Made by a program: the position numbers and the translations under genes. The notes under the pieces are model-generated. The model searched no databases. It was not told the DNA's origin and saw only the letters and a program-made list of their open reading frames with translations. Positions 25,231-37,487 of a DNA stretch of 64,000 bases are shown here, in pieces (the first letter of the stretch is position 1; the number at the start of each line of letters is the position of its first letter). The stretch spans positions 191,582,001 to 191,646,000 of the forward strand of contig NC_086097.1 in NCBI RefSeq assembly GCF_963921235.1. Direction: 5' to 3'. Source of the stretch: Mobula hypostoma. Taxonomy: Eukaryota.

Positions 25231-25536
25231 AGAATGGGGTTTAGAGGGAAAATAAATCGTGATTGCCATGACCAAATTGCAAAGAAGATTTGAGGGGCTG
25301 AATGGCCTACTCTGTTCTCTTTGCCTTACCATCTTATGCCATATCAAACAAGGTCCAAGGTTAAATCTTTGGCTTAATCACAGAGTAAAAGTGTGGAAGC
25401 AAAAAGAGAAACTACTGGAAGTGATTCACTGCCTGAAAGTGGATAGATACGTATGAAATAAACAAGGGCCGTCCTACTGAATGACAGAGAAGCAGCTTTG
25501 GATGAGATTGATATACAAACGTTTGTACTTTGACAT

Positions 25537-26099
25537 CTTATTCGTCCGTCGTTGTCATCGATGAAGACCTCGACACCATTATGATGGTGTCGAGACCAGC
25601 GCTTGATTTGGATTTAAGTGAGGGAGAGTTGCGCAGCGTCAGCCTCACTCTCTCTTCCCAATTCCCATCTGGATCCAGCGGCAAGACAAGAGTCGAGATG
25701 GCTGGAGATGGGACTAGGCACAGTGGATGACCAGGACATCTTCTGTGTCTTGTTCTGCTCTACACGTTCCACAACACTTGCAGAGACCGCCTTCTTGACC
25801 GTTGGACCTTCCATTGGTCTTGTCCGCTCAGTCCACCGGAGTCTGTCTTCACATGCTGGGATAGACAACTCCCTATCTCACCGAGGGTTTGAGACCCGTC
25901 AGCTACCCTCACCTGGTTTAGCCGGCTTGTCGAAGCCGTTGCCCGGGGTGTGGCCGCTGTCGCATGCAAACAGCTATGGGGAGCCACAGGTGAGAGCTGA
26001 GTGCCAGGTGGGGACCAAAGGTGGACAAGCCACCCTGAAAAGGATGCGACATGCTCCCCCACCAGAGGTGCTACCCCTCCCTGACACCCCATACACCCC
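25537..26099 (-). mobile_element. 563-bp non-autonomous retroelement (probably RTE-derived) with 5' HDV-like ribozyme and 10-bp TSD
   Basis: TSD ACTTTGACAT at 25527-25536 and 26100-26109. GC-rich with no LINE-like ORF. The 3' end has an 11-bp hairpin (CTCGACACCAT/ATGGTGTCGAG) and an RTE-like terminus CATCGATGACAACGACGGACGAA. Confidence 0.85.
25899..26099 (-). ncRNA. HDV-like (nested double pseudoknot) self-cleaving ribozyme
   Basis: Minus-strand order: P1 GGGGTGT (26099-26093), J1/2, P2 CTCACCTG, P3 GGC, L3 TCCCC.., P3' GCC, P1' ACACCCC (25951-25945), GG (P1.1), GCAA, P4 CGGCTT-CGAC-AAGCCG, J4/2 GCTAA (catalytic-C position 25921), P2' CAGGTGAG (25915-25908). Confidence 0.8.
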
Positions 26100-26756
26100 A
26101 CTTTGACATACTTAGTAAAATAAAGGAGGTTAAATAGGTGTGATTTCTGACTTTGATAAGGACAATTAAATATCTGCTGGGAGGTGGATACTTGATTGAA
26201 GCAGAGTACTGAACAAAACATTGCGCATGGATGTGGGTGACAACAACACTTTTAAGAACATGGAAATATAGAGATGTCGGGGATGGGTCAGACAGTTGGA
26301 AGAAATGAAGCTGAAAGAGGTAGCAAAAGCAGCTGAACAAATGCTCTCAATCTGAATGACAAGAAATCCCTATTGTGGGAAACAGTATGACATGGATTCC
26401 AGTGAGACAATAGGAGAAAAATGGGAACAAGTCCTTTGTCAGTCCAACCAGTTGTCCTTTTACTTATTCATTCTTTTCACAATTACCAAATTCTATATGT
26501 GATATTTTAAATAAAGATGAAGCCTTGCTGCTTGAAGGAATATTTGCTTCTCATGCTCTTGAAATTCTGCAGGTACAAAAAAAAATTATCTGCAATATTT
26601 TAACCCACAAATTCAATCGCATGAAATTGAGTTTGTTAAAACTTGTTATTCAAACAAAAAGTGGTAAATTGTTCTTTATTTGTGGAGAATATTTTCTTTA
26701 ATCTTTTTTCAAAATATAATTTTCATGCTTTTCTTTTAAATATATATATCATACAA

Positions 26757-27481
26757 GATCAGAAGTGGAGAGGGTGAGCAGCTTCAAGCTCCTGGGTGTC
26801 AAGATCTCCAAGGATCTAACCTGGTCCCAACACATTGATGTAGTTATAAAGAAGGCAAGACAGCAGCTATACTTTATTAGGAATTTGAAGAGATTTGGCA
26901 TGTCAACAAACACACTCAAAATCTTCTATAGTTGTACCATGGGGAGCATTCTGACAGGCTGCATCACTGTCTGGTATGGAGGGGCTACTGCACAGGACTG
27001 AAAGAAGCTGCAGAAGGTTGTAAGGATAGAGTCAGCTCCATCTTGGGCACTAGCCTACAAAGTACCCAGAACATCTTTAGGGAGCGGTGTCTCAGGAAGG
27101 CAGCGTCCATTATTAAGGACTTCCAGCACCCAGGGCATGCCCTTTCTCACTGTTACCATCAGGTAGGAGGTACAGAAGCCTGAAGGCACACACTCAGCAA
27201 TTCAGGAACAGCTTCTTCCCCTCTGCTATCCGATTCTTGAGTGCACTTTGAAGCTTTGGACACTTCCTCACTTTCTTTAATATACAGTATTTCTGTTTTT
27301 GCACATTTTTTATAATCTATTCAATATATGTAATTGAATTACTTGTTTATTTATTATTGTTTTATTTTATTTATCATTTTTCTCTCTCTCTGCTACATTA
27401 TGTATTGCATTGAACTGCTGCTGCTAAGATAACAAATTTCACGTCACATGCCGGTGATAATAAACGTGACTCTGATTCTGA
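26757..27481 (+). mobile_element. Rex1/Babar family B 3' fragment
   Basis: [24 protein letters not shown]...ITVWYG ORF, highly similar to the reverse complement of 21720-22340 plus 18636-18720, with a (TCTGAT) tail. Confidence 0.88.
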
Positions 27482-29341
27482 ATTATTCAAATACCTGGGA
27501 GTGATTTTACATTACATCACTGGACAAAAGGCAGGGAATAGTAAAATCAGTTGCCTATTTTATACAGTATCTGATTTATTTAGCTCTGAAGTCAATGGAA
27601 GTGAAAACAGTGTAAATGTAAAATAGTTTCCTAATTGCTGTTACTCTTTTCTCTCACAACAGAGGATAAATTTAATCTCAACGTATCTTACTATATCAAA
27701 ACAAGTATCCTCTGCCAGTAATTAGATTTAGTATTGAATGGCTAAAATTACAGGAGCACAACAAGTTTTATAATATCTTAAGACCTCAATTTCAATTTCA
27801 GAAACTTATATGTTTGGGGAAATCTTGAAATTTGACTTCTAGCTCTAAAAAGTTTGAGTTCCATGTAATTCAGTTTTAAGGAGTTAAATTAATAAAGTAT
27901 CTTTGTTTGTTGTCAGTTGCACATCTAATATTTAATCAATTTGCAAGCTTATAACAAGAGCTGTGATCAATTAAACCAGAGGGTTATTCCAAGCAATAGA
28001 AAAATTATGTAAACATCTTTCATAACTGATTTCAGTAGTCTGGTCAGAAATCAATTCAGTACTGTATCCCAAAGTGCACTAATCCAGCTCTTACAGCTAA
28101 ATACTGCCACCTCCTGTTTCATATGGTTCCTCGGCTGATCCCAGAAATTCTTTTCTCTGTAATGGGAAAGCTGTCAAACAGAAAATGGTTCAAATGTTTG
28201 TAAATTTTTCCTCACAGAAAAATAATTCAGGATGAGAAAAGCCTGATCTTTAATTAAGTCTGTACACATTCCTATTATGTATGTAAACTGATGACAAACT
28301 AGGCTAAATTAAATTCTAATTTATCCAATAATCAGTGAATCAAATCAAGTATTCACCAAAATTCAGATAAATTTTTATCTTTGCCTGTATACTGTGAGTA
28401 GATTGTTCATCTTTTATGGGAGTCAGTAACATTAAAGAGTAACCCATTCCTTTGACTCAAACCTTTGTACTTCTCAATTAAATCCTTAGCTCCATTTTCC
28501 TACGTTTACTCCATATCTCTCACGATTGCCAAAAATATGTCTCAGCTCCCATTTGCCTCAATTTCCACATCCTTTTCTGCAGTGGGAGGGTTGGTAAAAT
28601 TGTAGCATTCAATTTATGAGATACTAACTGTGAACAGTGATGTGACTGGTAGAATGCGATTATTTTCAAAGGTATTTAATTACTTAATTATCTGAAAATT
28701 GCTTTGAAAAATCCTTAAGTAATGAAAGGTTCTACTCTCTTTGAGCCTTATTTGCACATGAAGTTCCTGGCAGCTAGCCCAAATCCTTGCTATGCACACG
28801 TAGTTTTAAGTGAATACAATCTATGATTGTTCAGTTCTGCTATCTGAAATTCCACTCAGACCCGCCAGATAACAACAGCTTTCTGCCTGTTTCAGCCAAA
28901 CAACTAATGGGGTCTGATCACACCAGAGCTGGGAATTAAAATCATTCACTTTAATTCATGTGCCAAGCTCAGACTGCTTTCCCAGACACCTCAGAGGTAA
29001 CCACCACCTCCAATTCTAAGTTAAATCTGGGGCTCTACAATGTTTCCTAACTAATTGATACTTTCAGTGGTACGTATTCAGAGGACTGTAAAAATTTGCC
29101 AACTGTTGGAGGATGGGCCAGTGTAATGAGATATCCGTAAGTGTACGCTGTGAACTGACACATTCCAGGCTGCAGGACTCCATGCTGAGTGATGCACTAA
29201 AGCTCAGTACACAAAGAGTTCATGGAGAAGGACCACAGACTTGGTTCCTAACACACTGGATAAGGAGAGACTGGTTCCTGTTTAGCAGCCTCTGAAACAC
29301 TATGAGAAATCATGAAAGGTATTGGTACACTGTAAAAAAAT

Positions 29342-29891
29342 ATACATGCTGTGTCCACTTTATTAGATACACCTGCTCATTAATGCAAATATCTAAATCA
29401 GCCAATCATGTGGCAACAACACAATGCATAAAGGCATGCACACATGGTCAAATGGTTCAGTTGTTGTTCAGACCAAACATCAGAATGGAAAAGAAATATG
29501 ATCTAAGTGACTTTGACCATGGAATGATTTTTGGTGCCGGACAAAGTGGTTTGAGTATCTCAGAAACGGCTGATCTCTTGGGATTTTCACACATAGCTGT
29601 CTCTAGAGTTTACAGAGAAAACAAAAAAGATCCAATGAGTGGCAGTTCTGTGGGCAAAAATGCTTTGTTAATGAGCTAGGTCAGAGGACAATCGCCAGAC
29701 TGCTTCAAGCTGACAGGAAGGAAACAGCAACTCACTCAAATAACCATGAGTTATTTGAGTGGTGTGCAGAAGAGCATCTCTGGATGCACAGCATGTCGAG
29801 ATGGATGGGCCATAGCAGCAGAAGACCACAAATATATACCCTGTGGCCATTTATTAGGTACAGGAGGTAGCACTGTTTCCTTTGAGTGTAT
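29342..29891 (+). mobile_element. Internally deleted Tc1-like transposon
   Basis: TIR-like CCACTTTATTAG(A/G)TACA and paired-like HTH start MEKKYDLSDFDHGMIFGAGQSGLSISETADLLGFSHIAVSRVYRE. No DD34E domain is present. Confidence 0.8.
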
Positions 29892-30591
29892 ATAGGTATA
29901 TATAGTATTGATACAGTGAATATATGGAAAGACATAATTGTTTTCTATTTCCTTGTAGAAGCAAATTGAAACCCACATGCATTTGGCTACGGGAAGACAT
30001 AATGAAGTAACAAACTAAGTCTTGACTACAAAACAAAATGATTATCAATAGGTCTAAAAGTAATTCCAATTTCCCATTACAACAATGGGTGCACACCATA
30101 ACATAATTAGTGAAGTTCATGAATTTTGGGTGTTGTTGCTGCTGTTTTCCACATTTCTACTTCTAGGCTTTGTCCGCAGTTCACTGTCACCACATTGGTT
30201 AGGAATAAAGTAGATTTTTAATATAAAATAATCTTCTATTATGTTATCAACTGGATGTATGTACACACAGTTACAACCTCTTGTTTTAAATGGATGATCA
30301 TGGGGATGAAGTCTGACTGCCTTCCTGACCCCTTTCATGTACCACTGACTATAATTCATTAATGTGAAATCCGGCCATCTGCTGCAACCAAGTGCTTGCT
30401 TAGTTTTTGATTGACTTTCTGTATCCAGAGGCAGCTGAGGCCTGAATATACACATTCAACTGCTGACGGTCATTTAATTCACTGTTCTGATGACTGTCAC
30501 ATTTGCAAACTGAAGTTCCCTGAACCTAGAAATGAATTGACATATTAATCAACTACAGTGCAGTGGGTGAGCACTGATTTGGTTGTGGGCA

Positions 30592-31075
30592 TGGCTATGT
30601 TTTATAACCCCAAAATATAAAACTAATTGAAAGAAAAACATGGACCCAGGAATAGCATGTTTACTTCACTCTTTATTTTAGGGAGGCGAGCACACATGAC
30701 ATGTACTTTTATATATAAGCCGTAATGAATTACAAAAACCACAAAGGGTGCTTAATCAGACAATACATTTACAACATTGCTCAAATATTACTAAAATATT
30801 CAATACACAACACTTAGTTTATAGCTAAATAGGCTTATACCTGTACCCTGCTTAGCCATAAACTCCAACTCAATATAGAAAGCAAGTCAACACAGATATG
30901 TAACATATTTCTCTGCTGCCATGCTGTAATATAATTGCTGACAAAAGGCCTTACTTTGCTTGACAGGTGAGACTTGTGAGTTCTGGGGCCTCCTCCATCA
31001 TGGTTGCAGGATTTTACCCTGGGACTGCAGGAACTGGGTCTGACAGCTCTGAACGCCTTTCTTCTCTAACAACTA
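30592..31075 (-). mobile_element. Gypsy-like LTR (about 30592-30812) plus adjacent pol C-terminal remnant (about 30950-31075)
   Basis: TG...CAACA-bounded ~220-bp unit with minus-strand AATAAA. The adjacent piece reads VVRE.KAFRAVRP-SSCSP..EEAPE..VSPVKQSK, a decayed post-integrase-like tail. Confidence 0.45.
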
Positions 31076-32744
31076 CAGAGTCATAGTCACAGAAAAGTAC
31101 AGTATAGGAACAGGCCCTTCAGCCAATTTTAATCCATGCCGACCCATTTAAATTGCTTCATCCCATCAACCTGTACCAGGACCATCCATACCCCTAATAT
31201 CAATGTACCTATCCAAACTTCTCTTAAATGTTGATATCGAGCTTGCATGCACTACTTGCACTGGCAGCTCATTCCACACTCTCATGATCCTCTGAGTAAA
31301 GAAGTTTCCCCTCATGTTCCCCTTAAATTTTTCACCTTTCACTCTTAACCCTAGACCTCTAGTTGTAGACCCACCCAACCTCAGTGGAAAAAGCATGCTT
31401 GCATTTACCCTATCTATACCCCTCATAATTTTGTATACCCCTATGAAATCTCCCCTCAGTCTTCTACATTTCAAGGAATAAAGTCCTAACCTATTCAATC
31501 TTTCCATATAACTCAGGTCCTCCAATCCCAGCAACACATTTGTAAATTTTCCTGTACTCTTTCAACCTTATTTACATATATCCTGTAGGTAGGTGACCAA
31601 AACTGTACACCATACTCCAAATTAGGCCTCAATGTCTTATACAACTTCAACATAACATCCCATCTGCTATGCTCAATGCTTTGATTTATGAAGTCCAATG
31701 TGCCAAAAGCTTTCTTTAAGACCCTTATTTACCTGTGCTGCCACTTTCATTGAATTATGGATCTTTATTCCCAGTTCCCTTTGGTCTACTCTACTCCTCT
31801 GTACTGAACTGCTCACTGTGTAAGAACTACCCTGGTTGGTCCTACCAAAGTGCAACATCTTGTACTTGACTGCATTAAATTCCACCTCCCATTTTTCAGC
31901 CAATTTTTCCTGCTGGTCCAGATCCCACTGCAAGCTCGGATAGTCTTCCTCACTGTCCATGACACCCCCAATCTCAGTGTCATCCACAAGTTTATTGATC
32001 CAGTTAACCACATTGTCATCCAGATCATTGATATACAGTGGATGAGGAAAAAAAACAGACCTAGCACCGATCCCTGCAGCACTCCATTAGTCACAGGCCT
32101 CCAGTCACAGAGGCAACCGTCTATTACCACTCTCTAGCTTCTCCCATAAAACAAATGTCTAACCCAATTTACTACCTCATCTTGAATGCCAAGAGACTGA
32201 ACCTTCCTTCTGAAAACTTGTCAAATGCCTTGCTGAAATCCATGTAGAAAATATCCACTGACTTGCCTCCATCAACTCTCCTGGTAACTTCCTCAAAAAA
32301 CTCTGTAAAATTGGTTAGACATGACTTACAACGCACAATGCCATGCTGATTATCCCCAATCAGTCCCTGTCTATGGGGTTCTGTAGAATACCTTCTAATA
32401 CCTTTCCCACTACGGATGTCAGGCTCACCAGCCTATAATTTCCTAGCTTAGACTAAGAGCCTTTCTTAAACAGTGAAACAACATTAGCTATCCTTCAACT
32501 CTCCAGCTGTCCCTAAGCATAATTGAAATATCTTTGCTAGGGGACTGCAATTTCTGCAGTTGGCTTCCACAAGGTCTGAGGAAACACCTTGTCAGGCACT
32601 GGGGATTTATCCACCATTATGTGCCTTAAGACAGAAATACCTCCTCCTCTGCAATCTGTCTAGGGTCCATGACCTTGTTACGGCTTTGCCTCACTTCAGT
32701 AGACTCTATGTCCATCTCCTGAGTAAATTCGGACGCAAAAAATC

Positions 32745-33825
32745 ATAAGAACATAAGAAATAGTAGGAGTAGGCCATCTGGCCCGTCGAACCTGCTCTGC
32801 CATTCAATAAGATCATGGCTGACCGGGCCATGGACTCATCTCCACCTAATAGGAAAACAGATTACTATCTGAATGTTGGCCGATTAGGAAAAGGGGAGGT
32901 GCAACGAGACCTGGGTGTCATTATACACCAGTCATTGAAAGTGGGCATGCAGGTACAGCAGGCGGTGAAAAAGGCGAATGGTATGCTGGCAATTATAGCA
33001 AGAGGATTCGAGTACAGGAGCAGGGAGGTACTACTGCAGTTGTACAAGGCCTTGGTGAGACCGCACCTGGAGTATTGTGTGCAGTTTTGGTCCCCCAATC
33101 TGAGGAAAGACATCCTTGCCATAGAGGGAGTACAAAGAAGGTTCACCAGATTGATTCCTGGGATGGCAGAACTTTCATATGAAGAAAGACTGGATGAACT
33201 GGGCTTGTACTCATTGGAATTTAGAAGATTGAGGGGGGATCTGATTGAAACGTATAAGATCCTAAAGGGATTGGACAGGCTAGATGCAGGAAGATTGTTC
33301 CCGATGTTGGGGAAGTCCAAAACGAGGGGCCACAGTTTGAGGATAGAGGGGAGGCCTTTTGGGACCGAGATTAGGAAAAACTTCTTCACACAGAGAGTGG
33401 TGAATCTGTGGAATTCTCTGCCACGGGAAACAGTTGAGGCCAGTTCATTGGCTATATTTAAGAGGGAGTTAGATATGGCCCTTGTGGCTATGGGGGTCAG
33501 GGGGTATGGAGGGAAGGCTGGGGCGGGGTTCTGAGTTGGATGATCAGCCATGATCATAATAAATGGCGGTGCAGGCTCGAAGGGCCGAATGGCCTACTCC
33601 TGCACCTATTTTCTATGTTTTCTATGTTTCTATGTTACCTGCCTTTCCCACATTACCCTTAATTCCCCTACTATGCAACCTTGTCTTAAGTATATTTACT
33701 AAGGTAGCCTTCACAGCTTCATTGGGCAGAGAATTCTACAGATTCACCACCCTCTGGGAAAAGTAGTTCCTCCTCATCTCCATCCTAAATCTACTCCCTC
33801 GAACCTTGAGGCTATGTCCCCTAGA
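32745..33825 (-). mobile_element. Short CR1 3' fragment (second family) nested in the outer CR1 and split by a younger CR1
   Basis: 32745-32847 is a CR1 3'UTR with a (TTCTTATG) tail. 33636-33825 continues the same element (..FSQRVVNL*NSLP..), and the halves join as CTCCACCTA|CCTGCC. Confidence 0.75.
32848..33635 (+). mobile_element. Young 5'-truncated CR1 with uninterrupted ORF2 C-terminus
   Basis: Stop-free QRDLGV...LVRPHLEYCVQFWSP...RLRGDLIETYKI...NFFTQRVVNLWNSLP to 33534, a 3'UTR hairpin and a (TTTCTATG)n tail. Confidence 0.92.
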
Positions 33826-34548
33826 TTTCCCCCATCTCTTTTAGTTGTGCACATAAATTACCATTCTGATTGTCAAGAGGACCAATTTTGTCCCTTGCAA
33901 TTCTTTTGCACTTAACATATCTGTATAATCCCTTAGGATTCTCCTTCACCCTGTCTGCTTGGGCATCCTCATATCTTCTTTTAGCTCTCCTGATTTTTTT
34001 TTCTTAAGTGTTTTCTTGCATTTCTTATACTCCATAAACACCCTATTGGTTCTTGCCTGCCTATACCTGCTATGCACTTCCTTTTTTTTCTTAATCAGGG
34101 CCTCGATATTTCTTGAAAACCAAGGTTCCCTAAACTTGTTATTTTTACTTTTTATTCTGACAGGCACATACGAGCTTCGTACTCCCAAAATTTCACTTTT
34201 GAAAGCCTCCCACTTACCAGGTTCATCTTTGGCAGAAAACAGCCTGTCCCAATCTACATTTGCCAGATCCTTTCTGATACCATCTAAATTGGAGAATTGG
34301 GAATCTCAACCATTGGACCACACCTATCTCTTTCCATACTTCCTTTGAAACTAATGGTATTATGATTGCAAGATGTAACATATTCCCCTACACAGACTTC
34401 TGTCTTCTGCCCTACCTCATTCCCAAACAGCAGATCAAGCACACTCTCTTGCTGTGACTTCTATGTACTGATTAAGGAAACTTTTCTGAACACATTTGAC
34501 AAATTCTATTCAATCTAGTCCTTTACAATCTGGGAGTCTTTGTCAATA

Positions 34549-35585
34549 CTTATACTTTACACTTTATTGTCGCCAAACAATTGATACTAGAACGTACAAT
34601 CATCACAGCGATATTTGATTCTGCGCTTCTTGCTCCCTGGATTACAAATCGATAGTAAATATTAAAAATTTAAATTATAAATCATAAATACAAAACAGAA
34701 AAATAGAAAGTAAGGTAGTGCAAAAAAACCGAGATGCAGGTCCGGATATTTGGAGGTTACAGCCCAGATCCGGGTCAGGATCTGTTCAGCAGTCTTATCA
34801 GTTGGAAAGCAGCTGTTCCCAAATCTTGCCGTACGAGTCTTCAAGCTCCTGAGCCTTCTCCCGGAGGGAAGAGGGATGAAAAGTGTGTTGGTTGGGTGGG
34901 TCGTGTCCTTGATTATCCTGGCAGCACTGCTCTGACAGCCTGCGGTGTAAAGTGAATCCAAGGACGGAAGATTGGTTTGTGTGATGTGTTGCGCTGTCTT
35001 CACGATCTTCTGTAGCTTCTTCCAGTCTTGGACAGGACAACTTCCATACCAGGTTGTGATGCACCCTAGAAGAATGTTTTCTACGGTGCACCTATAAAAG
35101 CTAGTGAGGGTTTTAGGGGACAGGCCAAATTTCTTTAGCTTTCTCAGGAAGTAAAGGCGCTGGTGGGCCTTCTTGGCAGTGGACTCTGCTTGGTTGGACC
35201 AAGTCAGGTCATTTGTGATGTTGACCCCGAGGAACTTAAAGCTTTTGACCTGTTCCACTTGCACACCACCAACGTAAATTGGGTCATGCAGTTCGCTACT
35301 CCTTCTGAAGTCAACAATCAATTCCTTCGTCTTGCTGTTGTTGAGGGATAGGTTATTGTCTTCACACCATGCCACCAGGTTCTTAATTTCCTCTCTGTAC
35401 ACAAACTCATCATTCCCCAAGATACGGCCTACAATTGTTGTGTCATCAGCAAACTTATATATTGAGTTTGATGGAAACTTGGCTACACAATCATGAGTGT
35501 ACAGTGAGTATAGCAGGGAGCTGAGTAGACAGCCTTATGGGGCACCGCTGCTCAGAGTGATTGTAGAGGAGAGCTTGTCCCCTAT
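34549..35585 (-). mobile_element. Rex1/Babar family A, 5'-truncated copy nested in CR1
   Basis: Highly similar to 18722-19755 (ORF 34662-35420) with the same tail. CR1 resumes on both sides. Confidence 0.92.
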
Positions 35586-35906
35586 GGTTAAGTTAAAATT
35601 GCTTGCTATAACAACCTTAGGTTTCTTGTAACAGTCTGCGATCTCTCTACAAATTTGTTCCTCTCACTCCCTCAGTCTTTTGCGTTGTCTATAATATAGC
35701 CCCATTAACGTGATCTTACCTTTCTTCTTCCTCACTTCCGCCCATAAAGCCTCACTGGACCAGTTCTCCAGTCTGTCCTGACTGAACACTGCAGTAACAT
35801 TTTCCCTAACTAGTAGTGCTACCCCACCCTCTTTAATCCCTCTCACTCTGTCACGTCTATAACAACAGAACGCTAGAATATTGATCTGCCAGTCCTCTCA
35901 TTAACA

Positions 35907-36233
35907 AGGTGCTTTCACCCACAGAACTGCCACTCAGTGGAATTTTTTTTTTTGCTTTCGCACTATTCTCTATAAATTCTCGAAACTCTTACAGGTGAAA
36001 ATCCCAGGAGATCAGCAATTTCTGAGATACGCAAACCACCCCATCCAGCACCGACAATCATTCCAGTCAAAATCTCTTAGATCATATTTCTTCCCCATCC
36101 TGATGTTTCGTCTGAACAGCTGAACCTCTTGACCATGTCTGCATGATTTATGCATTGAGTTGTTGCCACTTGATTGGCTGATTAGATATTTGCATTAATA
36201 CAAGTGTGCCTGATAAAGTGGCCACTGAGTGTA
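35907..36233 (-). mobile_element. Tc1-like transposon 5' fragment
   Basis: Ends in CCTGATAAAGTGGCCACTGAGTG|TA (TIR plus TA) and is homologous to the reverse complement of 29342-29665. Confidence 0.8.
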
Positions 36234-37487
36234 AGTTGTTAAAAGATGCTGCCACAGAATGAGTAATCATATTGCTAACATTTGCTTTATTGATCACTAA
36301 AATCAGCTTCTACTGGCACACTGATCATCAAAAATAACTTCCATGTGTTATTTTGATGGCTAATGCACAGATTTATACTTGTATTCTGTTTCTACTTTGA
36401 TTAAATAATACGTGAATTACCAGATATGTGTGAAGTCATGTGGTAGTCTTCTTTGATAAGAAAATGAGTATACACAGTGCACCTTAGATTATTTCCCATG
36501 TGTGCCTCTAATAAAGAGTCCTGTATTCCGTATCCATGTGAACAGGAACAGGGCAGGTCAGTTATGGAGATAAGTCACCACAAAGTTATTTTCAGTCACC
36601 TTCCTACTCCCTTACCATTGTGTGCCACTATGGAATGTACAATTGCTTTTCTAAGCTCAAATTTCTTTCAAACCACTGTGGTTATAAAACTTATAAAGAT
36701 CAAAGACAAACACAATATTTTCACAACTCATTATACAAAGAAGATTCATTCAGAATACAATTGGTTACATGAAATAGATTGTTTAAACATATTGTACTTT
36801 CATAATCCATCACTTCCAGCAGAAGCACTGCTTGGATACGTAAGCTTATGATGTTGTTCCAGTTTCATTTTATCTGAACTTACCATGGTGTGGAAACAGA
36901 CTACAGGAATTCGCTCCTCTTTCTGCCAAGCAGCCTGCTTCAGAACTTGAAAATAGATCATCTCCAAATAATCTGCACAGAGTTGGTAGTTTTGAGAAAC
37001 TGGAAATGTTAGTAATTTTCTTCCTCTCACAACTATATTGCAAAAAAATTGACAAGAAATGAAAGTTAGATTCAGGTGCAGATGAAAATATTCTAGTTCA
37101 TTACAGTCTAGTTGTGCTTCCTTGCTCAATGACATACGTATGGTTTCATTGACGTTGTCAATCTAAAATCAGCATATTTTCATACTTCATGAAATTGCAG
37201 TATTGTCAGATTTAACATAAATGCAGAATTTAACTGCAGATTCATGTTTCACTCACTTCCATTGAATGGAAAATACTGCATATAAATAAAAATATTCTCA
37301 AACAAATGCATGCACAATATCAATCACAAAATTCAGCTGAGTGAGTTAATTAAGAGCTTTCGCCAGCACAAGGTAAAATATTCTTCCGAATAAATTGTTC
37401 TGCAAAATAAATAAATTCCTAACTTCTCTTATCAGTTAGTTACAGAATATAATCTGCAGCACTATCTCTCAAGAATTAAGGGAAATA

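Larger units (their letters stand above)
31078..35898 (-). mobile_element. CR1 LINE (outer), most of ORF2, degenerate, with nested insertions
   Basis: APE GGVALLVRENV (about 35830), FREPWFSR, RT GVLQGSVLG and KLVDDT, C-terminal RGNFFTQRIMRVWNELP, 3' tail near 31078. Interrupted at about 32745-33825 and 34549-35585. Confidence 0.88.

Noticed and set aside
28095..28156. Possible 62-nt minus-strand exon (TTACAG|...|GTAAGA)
   Set aside because: The splice motifs are plausible, but two of three frames stop and the third peptide is unrecognisable. Support is insufficient.
32865..33557. 230-aa minus-strand ORF
   Set aside because: It is the antisense shadow of the CR1 ORF2 C-terminus.
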